DNA of 64,000 nucleotides from Epithemia pelagica (lineage: Eukaryota > Protista > Bacillariophyta). The notes beneath the pieces are model-generated. The model was not told the DNA's origin. It made no database searches and saw only the letters and a program-made list of their open reading frames with translations. Position numbers and translations under genes: made by a program. The stretch lies in contig OX337228.1 in the NCBI GenBank assembly GCA_946965045.2, positions 5,332,001 through 5,396,000 on the forward strand, given 5' to 3'. The stretch's first letter is position 1; each line of letters begins with the position of its first letter. Shown here one piece after another: positions 44,469 through 57,100 of this stretch.

Positions 44469-46328
44469 ATGAACAATAATGGGAAACTACGAAGATACTT
44501 GAGCATTCATCTTGTGTGTATGGTCCTGGCGAATGCTTGCTCCATCTGCTATGCGTTTCAGGGCGCAGTTGCCATCGCACATCTGCGTGGACAGCCTTTC
44601 AAGATCGATGGCAGACCCCAACACCAACAAAGCGTTGGGCATCGATCAGGCATGATATGCTTTCCGTATTCGCGGAGAGAAGTTTCTACGTCTCCCTTTT
44701 CTTTCGGTGATAGAAAGTGTCTCTTTTCAAGGGAATCACAAAGAGAAGCTAGCCTTTGGCGTAAATCAAATGAACACTCCGGTGACATTGACCAGCATAA
44801 GGGCTGGATGGATTTTTTCATATCTCGTCAATTTCGACGCGATGTCAATGCCAGGAGAAAGGTGTATATATCAGATTGGGTCGACGGCTTTAGAGATCTC
44901 AAGAAAGTTGTGCCAGCTTCCTTGTTCCTGTATTTTGCTTGTCTCGCTCCAGTTGTGAGCTTTGGCACTATCTCCGCACTGATTACAGACGGTAACATTG
45001 GGATCGTTGAATACATACTAAGCTCCAGTTTGAGTGGCATGGTCTATTCAATGATCTGTGGGCAACCGATGGCATTCATCGCACCAACAGGTCTTACATT
45101 GGCTTTCATAGGAGCTTTATTTAAGTTCTGTGGCCTCAAGGGACTTCCTTTTTTTCCAATCTACTCATGCGTGGGCTTATGGACGAGCGGCTTGTTCATT
45201 GCTCTTGGACTCGGAGGTGCTGGTTCCCTAATTCGATTCTGCACCCGCTTTACCGACGAGGTCTTCAACGCTCTCTTGAGCGTTAATTTCATCTATGAGG
45301 GATTGGCATCACTTCGTCGTAACTTCCAAGAATCCGATCCATCAAACCTTACAATGGCATTTGTTTCGCTCACTGTTTCATGGGCCACGTGGTTTCTCAC
45401 CACTGCAGCTACAACCTTTGAATACAGCCGATACTTCAACCAGAAAGTGCGCACATCTATCAAGAATTTTGGACCTCTTATTGTATTTGTCTTAATGTCT
45501 GTCCTCAACCAACTCCCCATAATAAGAAACATTGGGGTTCCAACTTTGGCTATCCCCGAAACGCTCCATCTCTCGGGAAGTCGCTCATTTTTGGTCAGTT
45601 TGAGTTCGGTTCCATTTTACGCAAAAATTCTTTGCGCCTTTCCGGCAATCTTGCTTTGTGGTCTTTTCTTTATGGACCAAAACATCAGCGTACTTGTTGT
45701 GAACAAACCGGAGAATAGACTTCGAAAACCTGTCGCTTACAACCTCGATATGGTAGCTTTGGGGATCGTTACGTTGGGCCTTTCCCTTACGGGTCTACCA
45801 TGGATGTGTGGTGCAACTGTCCAATCCTTGAGTCATGTGAGGGCACTGACAGAAACTCGCTTCAATGAAGAAACCGGTGAACCCGAAATAGCTCGAGTGA
45901 CGGAGACCCGTCTTACTGGATTTTTGGTTCATGCGCTCATCCTTTGCACCCTCCGACTCTTGCCACTTCTTGGCTTTGTTCCCCTTCCGGTAGTTTCTGG
46001 AGTCTTTGTATTCCTCGGGTGCAAACTCATGTCTGGAAACTCGTTTCTGCGCCGAATCCTGGATGTCTTCGTTGAAAAAAGCAGGCTGAAAGAGGGGCTT
46101 CTCTCTGAAGGGCACCCCATTCTGAAAATTGGTCGACCGAAAACTGCGGCCTACACCGCAGTTCAGGTTTTATGTTTGATTAGCCTTTGGCTGTTCAAAC
46201 AGAACGACAGCATATCAATTTTCTTCCCCAGTGTGATTGGCTTCCTCATGGTGATTCGAACATATCTTCTGCCTCGCTTCTTCACAGAGAAAGAGCTCAC
46301 GGCACTAGGTGACCCGACTCCGCAATGA
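44469..46328 (+). CDS. SLC4: SLC4-family anion (bicarbonate/borate) transporter, probably plastid-targeted
   Basis: YISDWVDG, SLFLYFACLAPVVSFG, GQPMAFIAPTG, RFCTRFTDEVF, FFMDQNIS, GLPWMCGATVQSLSHVRAL, VTETRLTG, VVSGVFVFLG. Signal peptide ending CYA-FQG. Confidence 0.93.
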   Translation: MNNNGKLRRYLSIHLVCMVLANACSICYAFQGAVAIAHLRGQPFKIDGRPQHQQSVGHRSGMICFPYSRREVSTSPFSFGDRKCLFSRESQREASLWRKSNEHSGDIDQHKGWMDFFISRQFRRDVNARRKVYISDWVDGFRDLKKVVPASLFLYFACLAPVVSFGTISALITDGNIGIVEYILSSSLSGMVYSMICGQPMAFIAPTGLTLAFIGALFKFCGLKGLPFFPIYSCVGLWTSGLFIALGLGGAGSLIRFCTRFTDEVFNALLSVNFIYEGLASLRRNFQESDPSNLTMAFVSLTVSWATWFLTTAATTFEYSRYFNQKVRTSIKNFGPLIVFVLMSVLNQLPIIRNIGVPTLAIPETLHLSGSRSFLVSLSSVPFYAKILCAFPAILLCGLFFMDQNISVLVVNKPENRLRKPVAYNLDMVALGIVTLGLSLTGLPWMCGATVQSLSHVRALTETRFNEETGEPEIARVTETRLTGFLVHALILCTLRLLPLLGFVPLPVVSGVFVFLGCKLMSGNSFLRRILDVFVEKSRLKEGLLSEGHPILKIGRPKTAAYTAVQVLCLISLWLFKQNDSISIFFPSVIGFLMVIRTYLLPRFFTEKELTALGDPTPQ

Positions 46329-47258
46329 AAGAGGACAAGGTAGATGAGGAGCAGCGAAGTCACGGAATCCGCAAGATCTGAGTCCAATGAGGGCCATAAC
46401 GCAATAGTCATCTCATTAAGCGTTGAAAATGTAGTGTATCTTTTGCGTGATCCCTATGAGCTACGCCTATCTCTCAAGCATATTTCGTTAGAGGTGACGT
46501 GCGAGTCTGAATAGTGGATGTTTTAGGCTTCTTACGGGTTGCTCTACATTTGACGAAAAGAAATGCAATGCTACTTTGAACTTTCTTAGGAGTAGTATGA
46601 ACACCATTATCGACTATCGACGGAAGTTGGGGAAATCGGCCCTATTATGCACAATCAGGGTTTTGTGGCAAAAAACAAGGTCTCTAGGTAGGGTATATTG
46701 TACTCCTAAGGAACTTTTCCCAAGTTTCCAAGGGGGGATGCACGAGGATACACGACCACTAATGGAATGTGGACATTACACACGAATTATTGGATGAAAG
46801 ACTTGAGTCATGTGTTATCTCTTATCTCCACAGCTGCCATATCTCTGGCTGGTCAATCCTTTCAAGTGCACTGAAACCTGGTGTCGTATCGTGTCATCGG
46901 AGACAAATTGAAATTGTGGGTACGATATTGCTGGGAATTGTGCGTCACATAGAGGGCTACCCCCTAGCGGAAGGGTGAGTCCAGGTTGATCGTGATTCAG
47001 GGTGAATTCTCATACTCACCGGCGCGATTCTCAAAATCGGCGATTTTCCGTCTTTGACAAAAACTCACAACAAGAACAACGCAATCACTACGATACTGAT
47101 TTTGTTGCGGTTGTTACAACACTCATGGCCCCTCCCCATCCGACCCGAGTTGTTCGCCCTGTCTCTACCAACCCAAGGGACCATCCTGGCGTGGAAACCA
47201 ACCGTTCCGACCCACTGCTTCCATTTAGCTCTCAGTACCAAGACAGTGCAATGGGAAG

Positions 47259-47427
47259 TGAAAAGGGTGCGACCTAATGGAGACTAGCCTAGAGCTGACT
47301 CACAAGGTCCTACGTCACCTTGCCCAACCAGCCTCACACTTGGACTGACGCACTACTTGCATATCTTTTAGGAACGTACGAACTAGTTAATCTTCTATCA
47401 TAATTTTCCCAATTCATCCCCTTTTCA
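47259..47427 (+). repeat. Element A 5' LTR (169 bp)
   Basis: Termini TGAAAAGGG...CCCTTTTCA form a 9-bp inverted repeat. The first 92 bp are identical to 63909-64000. Confidence 0.97.
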
Positions 47428-47441
47428 GGTTATGAGCCCAA
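47428..47441 (+). promoter_or_regulatory. Element A primer-binding site, copia-type, complementary to the tRNA-iMet anticodon arm
   Basis: GGTTATGAGCCCAA abuts the LTR. The reverse complement TTGGG-CTCATAA-CC reads as stem, CAT loop and positions 39-40, like the Drosophila copia PBS GGTTATGGGCCCAG. Confidence 0.85.
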
Positions 47442-47621
47442 GAATCACGCGATAAAGCCTGTTGCGAGAAGACCATAACGATTTCGGTGGACCAGTTCAA
47501 GCGTTCGACGTTGAGGAAATCCGTCTGAACGGCCGTTGAAGTCCAAGACCTACCAGTTTCGATAGCCAGTGTTGCATCGAAGAAGCAAGAACCAGGTGGT
47601 TTCGTTGCGATTTTCCAGTGA

Positions 47622-49197
47622 ATGGAAACCATAGCTGACTTCCTCAGACTCGGAGCAGCTGCTAACAGAGAAGACTCTGACTCTTCAAGAATTCCAGGCT
47701 GGTCCTCTGACGAATCAAGCTTAAGTAGTATTGAAACAATGAGTACTAAGGTCGTTATAAACGGAGAAGAGGTTGAAGTGAATACCAGTGCCACTCCGTC
47801 CCAAGATGTGGAAACAGCCCTGTTCAAGAAAGAAGACCGTGAAGGAATGGGTGCAGAGAAGCGCCAAGAACTGTTCTCGAAGGCTGCTGCTTCGACCCCT
47901 GCCAAATTCGATCTGCTCTCAGCCAATATCACAGACGTGAAACAGCTGGAAGAGTGTTATAATCTTAACTTGATGGTTTCCCGTCTTAAGAGTCAACATA
48001 TCATGTATGATATGCACGACGTGTTCACAATTGTTACACCCGATGGTACAAGACCAAACCTCAAGACAGACGCTCCTCCGAAAGACTTATATACGTACTA
48101 TGGAGAGCTTTCTGAAGAAGACGTTGCTGCCAGTAATGAGTGGTACTCAACTTGGCCAAGAAAGTCCTGGTATCGTGAAAATTTGATGCTCACGGCGAAG
48201 CAACTTGAAGCAAGCATGAAAAATGCCCTTTGGACGAAAGTCTATGAACGGTATAAACGGTATAAGACCGAGCAACAAGGAGGTCCCTTACTTTTCGTCA
48301 TCATGATGAAACTACTTGTTACCCACACGGAACAAGCTACAAAGACGCTAGTAGACACTGTTGAGAATCTTAAGATCTCTAAAGTTCGCGGTGAGAAGTG
48401 AGAACGTCTCGAAAATTGTGAGCCTTATCCTTGGCGCACACGAGCGATTGGAAGCTATTGCAACTGTCCCCGACGACTTCTCTAAAACTGTTCTAAAAGT
48501 TCTACAGACTAGTTCTGTGGATCAGTTCAACAAAGTCTTTGAACTAATCGAGAGTCAAGCACGAATCGCCGGTGCTCTGTCACGATCTACACCCTCTACC
48601 CAAGCTCAATTCAAGATCCCTTCTGTTGAAGCCTTGTTGGATCTAGCCGAACAAGAGTACCTCTCATTGTGCCGTTCCAACGACTGGACGGGCATCAAGA
48701 CACGAGGAAGTCCCTCAACCTTCACAGCTGGTGGTACCAAGTCTGATTCTGGTGGCCGCAAGTTCAAGCCCGTCTGTTGGAACTGCGGTGGAGAGCATAC
48801 GATCAAGGATTGTCCCAAACCCAAAAATGAAGCCTTGATCGAAGCCAACCGCCAGAAGTACAATGCCAAGAAGAAAGCTCGCGAGAATGGATCGGGTGAT
48901 CGTTCTCGTACTTCCAACAAATGGCGTCCCCCTTCGTCTGAAGAGAACCGAAAACGAGTCATTGATGGAAAGACCATGTACTGGGATGCCTCTTCCAAGC
49001 GTTGGAACAAGGCTCAAGGGAATGTCGCGACTGATACCGACACCACTCCAACCGATACGACCACACAAGTGTGAATTGCTGGCGCTACTGCCAATGTAGC
49101 CTCCACTGGAACCACAGGGACGACGAATGCCCAATCTCGTCGCGTAATTGAACGCACCCTGGAGTCCTTGATGACCCAGGTGCAAAACCTCTCTTGA
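47622..49197 (+). pseudogene. gag: Element A gag, disrupted
   Basis: ORFs 47622-48401 and 48361-49074 are joined by a 7-bp duplication (gtgagaa twice, 48391-48404). It has a zinc knuckle CWNCGGEHTIKDC and in-frame TGA at 49072-49074 and 49195-49197. Confidence 0.88.
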
Positions 49198-52100
49198 TGG
49201 TGTGGCCGTCGACTTCCTGTCGATGTAGGCCTCTTTTTCCCGATAACCTCATCTCCCAGGAGGGGTACCTGGGTTGATTTAGTTTGGTTGTTGCTTTGCG
49301 TTTTTCTGAGCGTGTTTTTCTCCTTGCATTTCTGTTCGATGATGCCCTGGGCCTTATCTTTCGTCGCCATCTGGTTGCGAGAGGGAGGTCCGCGTGGTGG
49401 CTATTCTTCGTTCCCTTATGCCACCTTTGGTCCCAACCAGATACAACGACGACGACGGCGTTACAAGACTCGAATTTATCACGTGTGACGCCGGTTTACT
49501 ACTAATATAATGGCCTTTGACTGCACAACGGATTCAACGGTTACATGGGCTGGTACGATTGACTGTCAACGGACCCACAACGACGACGACGGCGTTACAA
49601 GACTCGAATTTATCACGTGCGACGCCGGTTTACTACTAATATAATGGCCTTTGACTGCACAACGGATTCAACGGTTACATGGGCTGGTACGATTGACTGT
49701 CAACGGACCCCTTTTACTAAGGCCCGAGTGCCCTCTGTCCGAAGACGCGCGAGGCGAAACAAGAAACGAGCGCGAAGGCGGCACAAGAAATCTACCAGAC
49801 CAAAGAAAACTACGCATGACACCTATGGTTTCAACTACCAAGGCATCTATGTCCCTACAACATGGACAATACAAGACGAGCCGCCTCTAGATCCAACATC
49901 AGAGCGACTATCTCGTTGGTTTGGGTCAGCTGAGGAGCTTCAGTCCGCAATTTAGAAGCCATGGCCGAGAAAGGGACCGGATCCATTGGCCCAGTTTCGT
50001 GCCATTCGCGCATTGAGTGGCTCCACATTCTCAAGATCTCGGTCACCCGAGAAACGAATGCAGCAAGCAATGATTGCCGCTGCCAAGTAAACCGGAAAAT
50101 TGCCTCCTCGAGCTGATACTGAGTCCTTGTTGCCACCAGCATTGCAGCATCGCATGTCTGTCTATCTCAATGCAGCAGACGATGCAGACCTGCCCGTGGT
50201 GATCGATACAGGAGCATCCACATCGTTGACTCCTCGACTAGAAGACTTTGATGGACCACTCAAAGAGTGTGAGACCACTGAGCTGAATGGATTATCCAGC
50301 ACAACGGCCGTGGTTGGAGTAGGAATGGCTGCCTGGACGTTAAAGGACGTGTTTGGTGTGGTCCGAACCATCCGAACACGAGCCTATTACGTTCCAGAGG
50401 CGCAGATACGCCTGTTTAGCCCCCAAACCTACTTCCAAGAGCAAGCTAAAGGCGAATTGTTGGTAAATGCTTTTCGTTCTCGATTGACTCTTCACGATGG
50501 GAGCGAACTGGAGTTCCCCTTTCATCCCAACAGTAACCTCCCTTTGATGCTCTCTGGACGGCAAACCAAGATGGGCCTTGCCTTCGAAGACGTCATGGCC
50601 TTATCCAAAGAGTTTTATTGTCGTGGTCTTATGTCAGTGGCGGATGAAACAAATCAGAATGTCACCCAGGCGCAGAGAGAGCTATTGACCTGGCACTGGA
50701 AGTTAGGTCACGCTAATTTTGAATGGATCCAAGATTTGTGCCGCGATCCTAAAACGGATCGACGTCGAATTCTCCACACGAAGCATCGACAAGTGTCAAG
50801 TTGTCCTGTCAATGGTTTGCGCTGCACAGCTTGTCAATTGGGCAAACAGAGGCGTCGTGGTGCTAATACCCAACATACGAACACGAAGGATGGTCGTCAC
50901 ATGGTCACTCGGTCAGAGAATCTTCGACCAGGTGACTGTGTTAGCCTTGACCAGTATGACTCGACGCTAACTGGCCGTCTTCCTCACACCAGGGGAAAGG
51001 AACCCAAGAAAGATCAGTACACTGGCGGTACATTGTTTATAGATCATGCTACAGGATTGATGCATTGTGTACATCAAGTCTCCCTAAACACTGGTGAAAC
51101 CATCGAAGCCAAACTACAATTCGAACGGTTTGCACAGGACCATGGAGTTACAGTCAAGTCGTATCTGGCGGATAATGCCCCTTTTGGCAATACCAAGTTT
51201 GTGGACGCAGTGAAACATGCTGGTCAGTCCCTGTCGTTTTCTGGTGTGGGGGCCCATCACCAAAATGGTGTGGCCGAGCGTGGCGTCCGTACGGTAACCT
51301 CTTGGGCCCGTACTATGATGTTGCACGCAGTATTGCACTGGCCGGAGCACGCCCATGACCTGAGTCTATGGCCCTTCGCTCTCAATCACGCTATCTGGTT
51401 GTGGAATCATCTTCCCAAGCGAGGTCCCTTTATTGCCCCGCTGGAATTATTTACCGGAACAGTCTTCCCTACCTTGGCCCATCTACATCTGAGCCATGTT
51501 TGGGGTTGCCCAGTGTACGTTTTGGACCCTAAGATCCAAGACGGGAAGAAACTTCCCAAGTGGTCGCCTCGTGCCCGTCGAGGGCAATATCTCGGAGTCT
51601 CTCCCGACCATTCTAGCACGGTGGGCTTAATTCTCAATATTTCTACCGGCTATGTGAGTCCGCAATATCACGTCGTCTACGACGACCTCTTTTCAAGTGT
51701 CCCTAACGCCGAAACTGGCGGTGTCCTACAACAAGACATGTTCACAGGGTCCTTTTGGGACCATCTTGTGGCCTCTGGCCTGGAGCGGATTGACGATGGC
51801 GATTTTGACGACGAACAGCCTCAGCCACCACCCCTTCACCACGACTGGCTGACCCCTGAGGAAGCCGATGCCCTTCGCCATCAACAAAACGATGCAGCTC
51901 GGATCAATCCCTTACCTTTGCCTCCTCCTCCTTCCATCCGTGTTCCAGAGGGAGCTGCTGCTCCAGAGGGAGCTCTGGTGCCCTTGGCTCCAGAGGGAGA
52001 CGACGGCAGTGAGATTCAACTGGATGGAGAACCCATTTTCCCTCACCTTTTTCCTTTGGATAACGTGGAGCCAAATCCACCAGCCGCTCCTCCAGATGAC

Positions 52101-53379
52101 TTGATTCAACCTTTGGTGGTGGATGGAATGTGGGACGGTCCCAACAACTCCACCATCGACTCTGGAGACGAAATTGTAATCTTTGAGCACGAGGAACAGG
52201 ATGAGGAAGACCCAGTTCGCGCACAAGAGAAGTCAAGACGTGCGCAACACTTGGAACAGCCGGACGAGATGCACTTTGGTCGTGGAAAGTGCGCACGCAA
52301 ACCTAATCCCAAGTACGCCTCGTACTCGCGTGAACGTTGGCAGGAGCACGCGCTATTTGGTCACGATGATTATGCGCGACTAAAGGTAAAGCGTGACTGC
52401 TTAAACGATTCATTCCTGGCAGGACTTGACTGGAATTCAACCATCCGTGACCCTAAATCCACACAGTCAGCGCTGATGAGTCGCATGATGGAAATGAACA
52501 CCAACCCTAAGACAGGAACTGTCGAGGCTATGCATCCAATGGTACTGATCACCAAGGCCGATGCAGCGGATAAGCCCAGATGGAATGAAGCCATGAGCGG
52601 TCCAGATGCCGCTGGCTTCATGGAGGCATGTAAAAAGGAAATAGACACGCTATTCCGCCTCATGAAGGCTTGGATAGTCGTCGATCGCCAACCTTGGATG
52701 AACGTAATCCCATCTACATGGGCCTTCAAAAGGAAGCGATTCCCTGACGGCTCTGTCAAGAAACTGAAAGCAAGATTTTGCGCCCGAGGAGACTTTCAAG
52801 TGGAAGGAGTGGACTTCTTCGATACCTTTGCCCCAGTGGTAAACTGGACCACAGTCCGCTTGATGCTCATCCTATCTATTATCCTGAACCTCGCCACAGT
52901 GCAGGTAGACTACACCGCGGCATTCCTTCACGCCCCAATTGATCGTGATCCCAAATGGGACTCGATGACACGTCAAGAACGTGAAAGAAGCGGTGTCTAC
53001 GTCGAGATGCCCAGAGGATTTGGACAAGACAGAAAGGTACTAAAACTACAACGATCACTGTACGGGTTGAAACAAGCCCTACGGAATTTCTTCCAACACT
53101 TCAAAGGGCAGTTGGAACGAGTCGGCTTTGTTGCCCAGGACTCGGTTGATCCCTGCCTATTAATTTCAGACAAGGTAATAGCGGTAGTCTATGTCGACGA
53201 CACGCTATTTTACAGTCCCAAAAGAGAGTACATCGATGAAGTACTTGATAAACTCAAGAAACAAGAGAACGCTGAGCTCGATGTTGAAGACAGCGTGGCT
53301 GGATTCTTGGGCGTCCATATTGAACGTGACGAGACCCAAGGAACAATCAAATTGACCCAACAAGGTCTGATTAAGAGAA
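49198..53379 (+). pseudogene. pol: Element A pol, 5' part (protease, integrase, N-terminal RT)
   Basis: Protease VIDTGAS, WHWKLGH, zinc-finger C-x-x-C, integrase DHATG / YLADN / QNGVAER, RT KARFCARG, QVDYTAAF, YGLKQA, VYVDD. In-frame stops at 49953 and 50088 lie upstream of the 50100 ORF. Confidence 0.95.
49443..49710 (+). repeat. 134-bp tandem duplication in the pre-protease region of element A
   Basis: Copies at 49443-49576 and 49577-49710; I spotted one difference (gtgtga vs gtgcga). The length is not a multiple of 3, so it shifts the frame. Confidence 0.95.
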
Positions 53380-54136
53380 TAGTAGAACTCTCATTGAGAA
53401 TTCAGAAGGGTAATAGGTAGTTGGGTAAAAGGCTCGCTGAGCCGACAATCGAATCACCAACCGATACAACAATCCTCCACGGGTCAGAGAAGAGTTGCAA
53501 GTCGAGGTCCGCCGTGGGTGGGGGCAGTCGGTCCACTGATAAGAGGTTAGTCTTAAGATGAGTGTTAAAATGGTGATATTAATGATTGTGAGATGATTAC
53601 TAACTAAGGTGTTTGATGAAGGTCGAGGTCCTGGCTCTTGTATACGGCCATGGATCTGGTGTGATAGGTCCTCAAATGGTTGGAGTAGACCTGCATTGTT
53701 GTATTGAAAGTATATGCAGTTGTATATCATATACCAATGCCAACAGCTCTTGCTTTGTTGTGATATAGGTAGTTTTCTTGGCGCGTTGTTGATTGCATTC
53801 TTGGAATTGTGGGAATGGAAATATGGTCTCGCGTGATCGTGATTCGTGCTTTGATTACTTAGGTTGTTGAGGTAAGTCGTGGAGGTGCTCACTCGGATCG
53901 TGATTGCGCGCGCTTGAGAATATTGGGCGCGCACGTGATGGGCCATAGTCAATATCCGAGCGGTCGCCGATAGCGCGTGCATTGCGAGCATGCCTTGGCC
54001 AAAATTAAAGGTCCGCGAGCATGCCGTCATTCTTTTCTCACTTTTACACAAATGTCATCGGATGCCATAAAATACTAGCATCAGTCGATGTGTTGTAGAT
54101 TCCACCACCAGCTAGTTAAAGGTGAGAATCCTAACA
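53380..54136 (-). repeat. Element B 3' LTR (757 bp), preceded on the element strand by PPT GTGGGGAG
   Basis: Near-identical to 58027-58783; I spotted one difference (gtccgcgagc vs gtccacgagc). Termini are 5'-TG...TA-3' on the element strand. Confidence 0.97.
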
Positions 54137-57100
54137 CTCCCCACAATTCGTCGAGTGAGGATTGTTATTTTCCTTGTCATGCTTCTGAACGTTTCCTCCC
54201 CAGAAGAATATGATCTTGAACGTGGTCCATACTTTCGAGAATTTCCAATGCTTACTGACAATGTATCCCGGACGCTCTCATAGGGATATCTCAGGCAATA
54301 AGTAATCAGTTCATCATTCTTCAGTTGGTAGGTCTTGTCGGTGCCCTTTGAGCTATGCTCCCCAGGTGCCTTCTTCATCCAAACATTGGGATCTGCTTTA
54401 GTTGGTGACAAATCAATATCAAGTGGGATGTCAAAGAAACAGTCACGCCGACATGCTCCTGAAGATTTTAATCCCTTTGAGGCCTTGTGCGTAATCAAGG
54501 TGTGACCTGATTCCTTGAGTTCTTGTCTTGCAACTATCAAGATCTTCTCTCCAGATAAAGCTTCCAGGTCGTGTGCATTTCCAACTTTTGCTCCCCATAT
54601 ATCCATATCATTGAGAATCCCAAGACAGGTGGTTGTATGAAAGTTGTGAATGGAAGTAGTACACAAAACGATTGCCTCAACCGGTTCTTTGGTAAAAGCC
54701 TCGTCTGTGATGAGAAGTGCTGGGCGACTATCATCATGTTTTACAAAATGGATTTGAATCTTGTTCTTGTGATACTCTTCTGGTGATGCATTTATCATTT
54801 CCCTTCTCTTGAACTGAGCTTGAACGTAATCCTTGACTTTTGTGAGGGATTGGATCTGTGAAGCCTGAAAGAGCTCAACTTCAGTAGTGTCGTGCCACTT
54901 TCTTTTACCATGTTGCTTGTCTAACAAAACAACTAATTCTTCATTTGTCATTGAAACTTGATAACCAAACTTGTACTTGATGGAACGACAGACTTGCTTG
55001 ATTCTTGACTGCTGTTTGGCAGCTTGAACAAGGCATTTATTGGTCTTGACAAAACGCTTGAGATGTTTCCATCCAAGTTCATTTAATAGGTCATGTTTCT
55101 TGGCATAGGCATCATTTACCATGAGTGACGGAGGCTCATAGATCATCTCCCCAGTCTCCCAACCAACAAGTATATTACAGTGACTTCTTTTGTAGTCAGG
55201 ATTGTTGCTAATACTTGACGGTTCTTGATCTGCAACAACGTCCCTGAACTGAAAAACGTCATCTTCAGTTTCCTGTGCTTGGTTGTCCTGTTTGATGTAT
55301 TCCATATGTTGACGGTATGAAATTATCTTGTCAATGTCGGAAATGGATTTGCAGAAAGTGTACTTGATACAGTCTTCTTGCTTGAGAGCATCTTGTTCTA
55401 AATCAATGACGCATCTTATAAGACACGGTTGTGGTTGCTCCCCATTATACGGTTGTCGTTGCTCCCCATTTTCCTCTGGATCATAAACAAGGAAAGGTTG
55501 TTCAATAGTGTCATCATGTTTGATCGTTGGAATTTGCGTGGATGGATCTTCACCTTTGCTAGAAATGAAAACAATGTCAGCTTGTTTGCCGTTGGGTTTA
55601 TTTGGAAGCGACTCCTCCCCTGAAGAGGTATCCACACAAAGGTTGCTGCTGGGTGGCCTGGAGGCATCATGAAGAATGGCAGAGTAACAAAGGGTTTGAG
55701 TGTCCAGAGACAAAGTATCACCAATAGGAGGGGCAAAAACAAGCCGCCAGTAGCCAAGTGCTGTGACAAAAGAGGGAGGGTAGGGACGGTGGGAGAGGGC
55801 ATATGATTCGGTAAAGTAGGGGGCCTTGTCCCAGATAAGGAAGAAAAGTGGGTGGGTAATGCCGGGTGGGCGACCATTGAGGATCTCAAGAGGGATATGG
55901 CCCGAAACGGTCACAACGTATGTTGCCCTCTTAACGGTCTGATAACGGTTCTCAGCCATGTTCTGATCTTGGAGGTTTGGTTTGGAAAAGTATTCTCCAA
56001 GGAGGGGTGTGAAGAAGGAAGGCGTATCAGGTCCATGATCATAAGGTAAATCCAAGAGAAGGTTGAGGTTACAGGCAACACGATTGGTATACTTCCCAAA
56101 AGCATCATTCGGATTGCCATCATTTTCAACAGTCCTCGAAGAAGGTGCCGTATCTTGCATGGGATCAAGATGCCAATGATTAAAGCCAGTCACTTGATTG
56201 TTGCCGGAGAAAGTAGACATGCGAGAGAGCAGACATCGAGATATCTGAACTTTCTGTTTACAGTTGTTGTTCTCGAGACAATCATTGAGGGTGGATGTTG
56301 CCTTGGTATTGGACACCAAATTAGCAAGATCAGATGTTGGATGATTGACATCAATATTGGTCACAACTTGAGGAACAAACCGGGGAATCAGATCAGAGAA
56401 ATTGTCTTGACGGTCTTTGGAAGCATCTTGAATTATGTCGTCAATCCGTGTACTACTACCAGGGTCAGGATCAGGTTCTGGATCAATGTCAAGAGTATGC
56501 GTCTGTTCCTTGCATGCAATTGTTGATGCATTCTGGGTAGACTTGTTGTACGCAATGATTACTTGACGACTGTTGTCAGTGAGTTTACTCCACAGATTTC
56601 CTGGAAGACTAATCTTTGGAAGCGAAGATGAATCCTTGGTCTTCATGTTAGTTCTCTTAATCCTGTCGTGCATTTCTTTGGGTGATGGATTGTTGGTATC
56701 AAAATCTTGATCATATTGAAAGTCATGTTGCTTGGTATGCTTACGTTGGTTAGACTTTGGTGATCGAGTTGCTTGGTCATGATCATATGCGGCATCAAGG
56801 AGAAGACGGAAATATGATTGATAACAAAGTGTCTTTGCACCAGACAAGATGTTGACTTGTCGTAAATCAGGTACCTTTTCAACGGCTTTCATCAGGAAGG
56901 TCATCCTAGTGGAGTGGCCAGGAATGTGATCAAACATTGATCCCAGATTGTCGAGAAGATGGAATTGGTGTTGAAAGTGGAGAAGAAACTGATAGGTTGT
57001 GCCGTGCCATGAATCATCGAGACAAAGATTGGAGATGTAGTTGTTAAGACGTAACACCTCTCTTTTTGCTAAACGAAATGACGAAATCCAACCTTGGTTC

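Noticed and set aside
49443-49710. Direct repeat as a CRISPR-like array
   Set aside because: Two adjacent 134-bp copies with no spacer inside a eukaryotic retrotransposon; it is a simple tandem duplication.
53380-53420. C-terminal tail of the 1106-aa pol ORF, and the N-terminus of ORF 63161-63838
   Set aside because: Both are read-through into or out of the inserted LTRs and are not part of element A's Pol.
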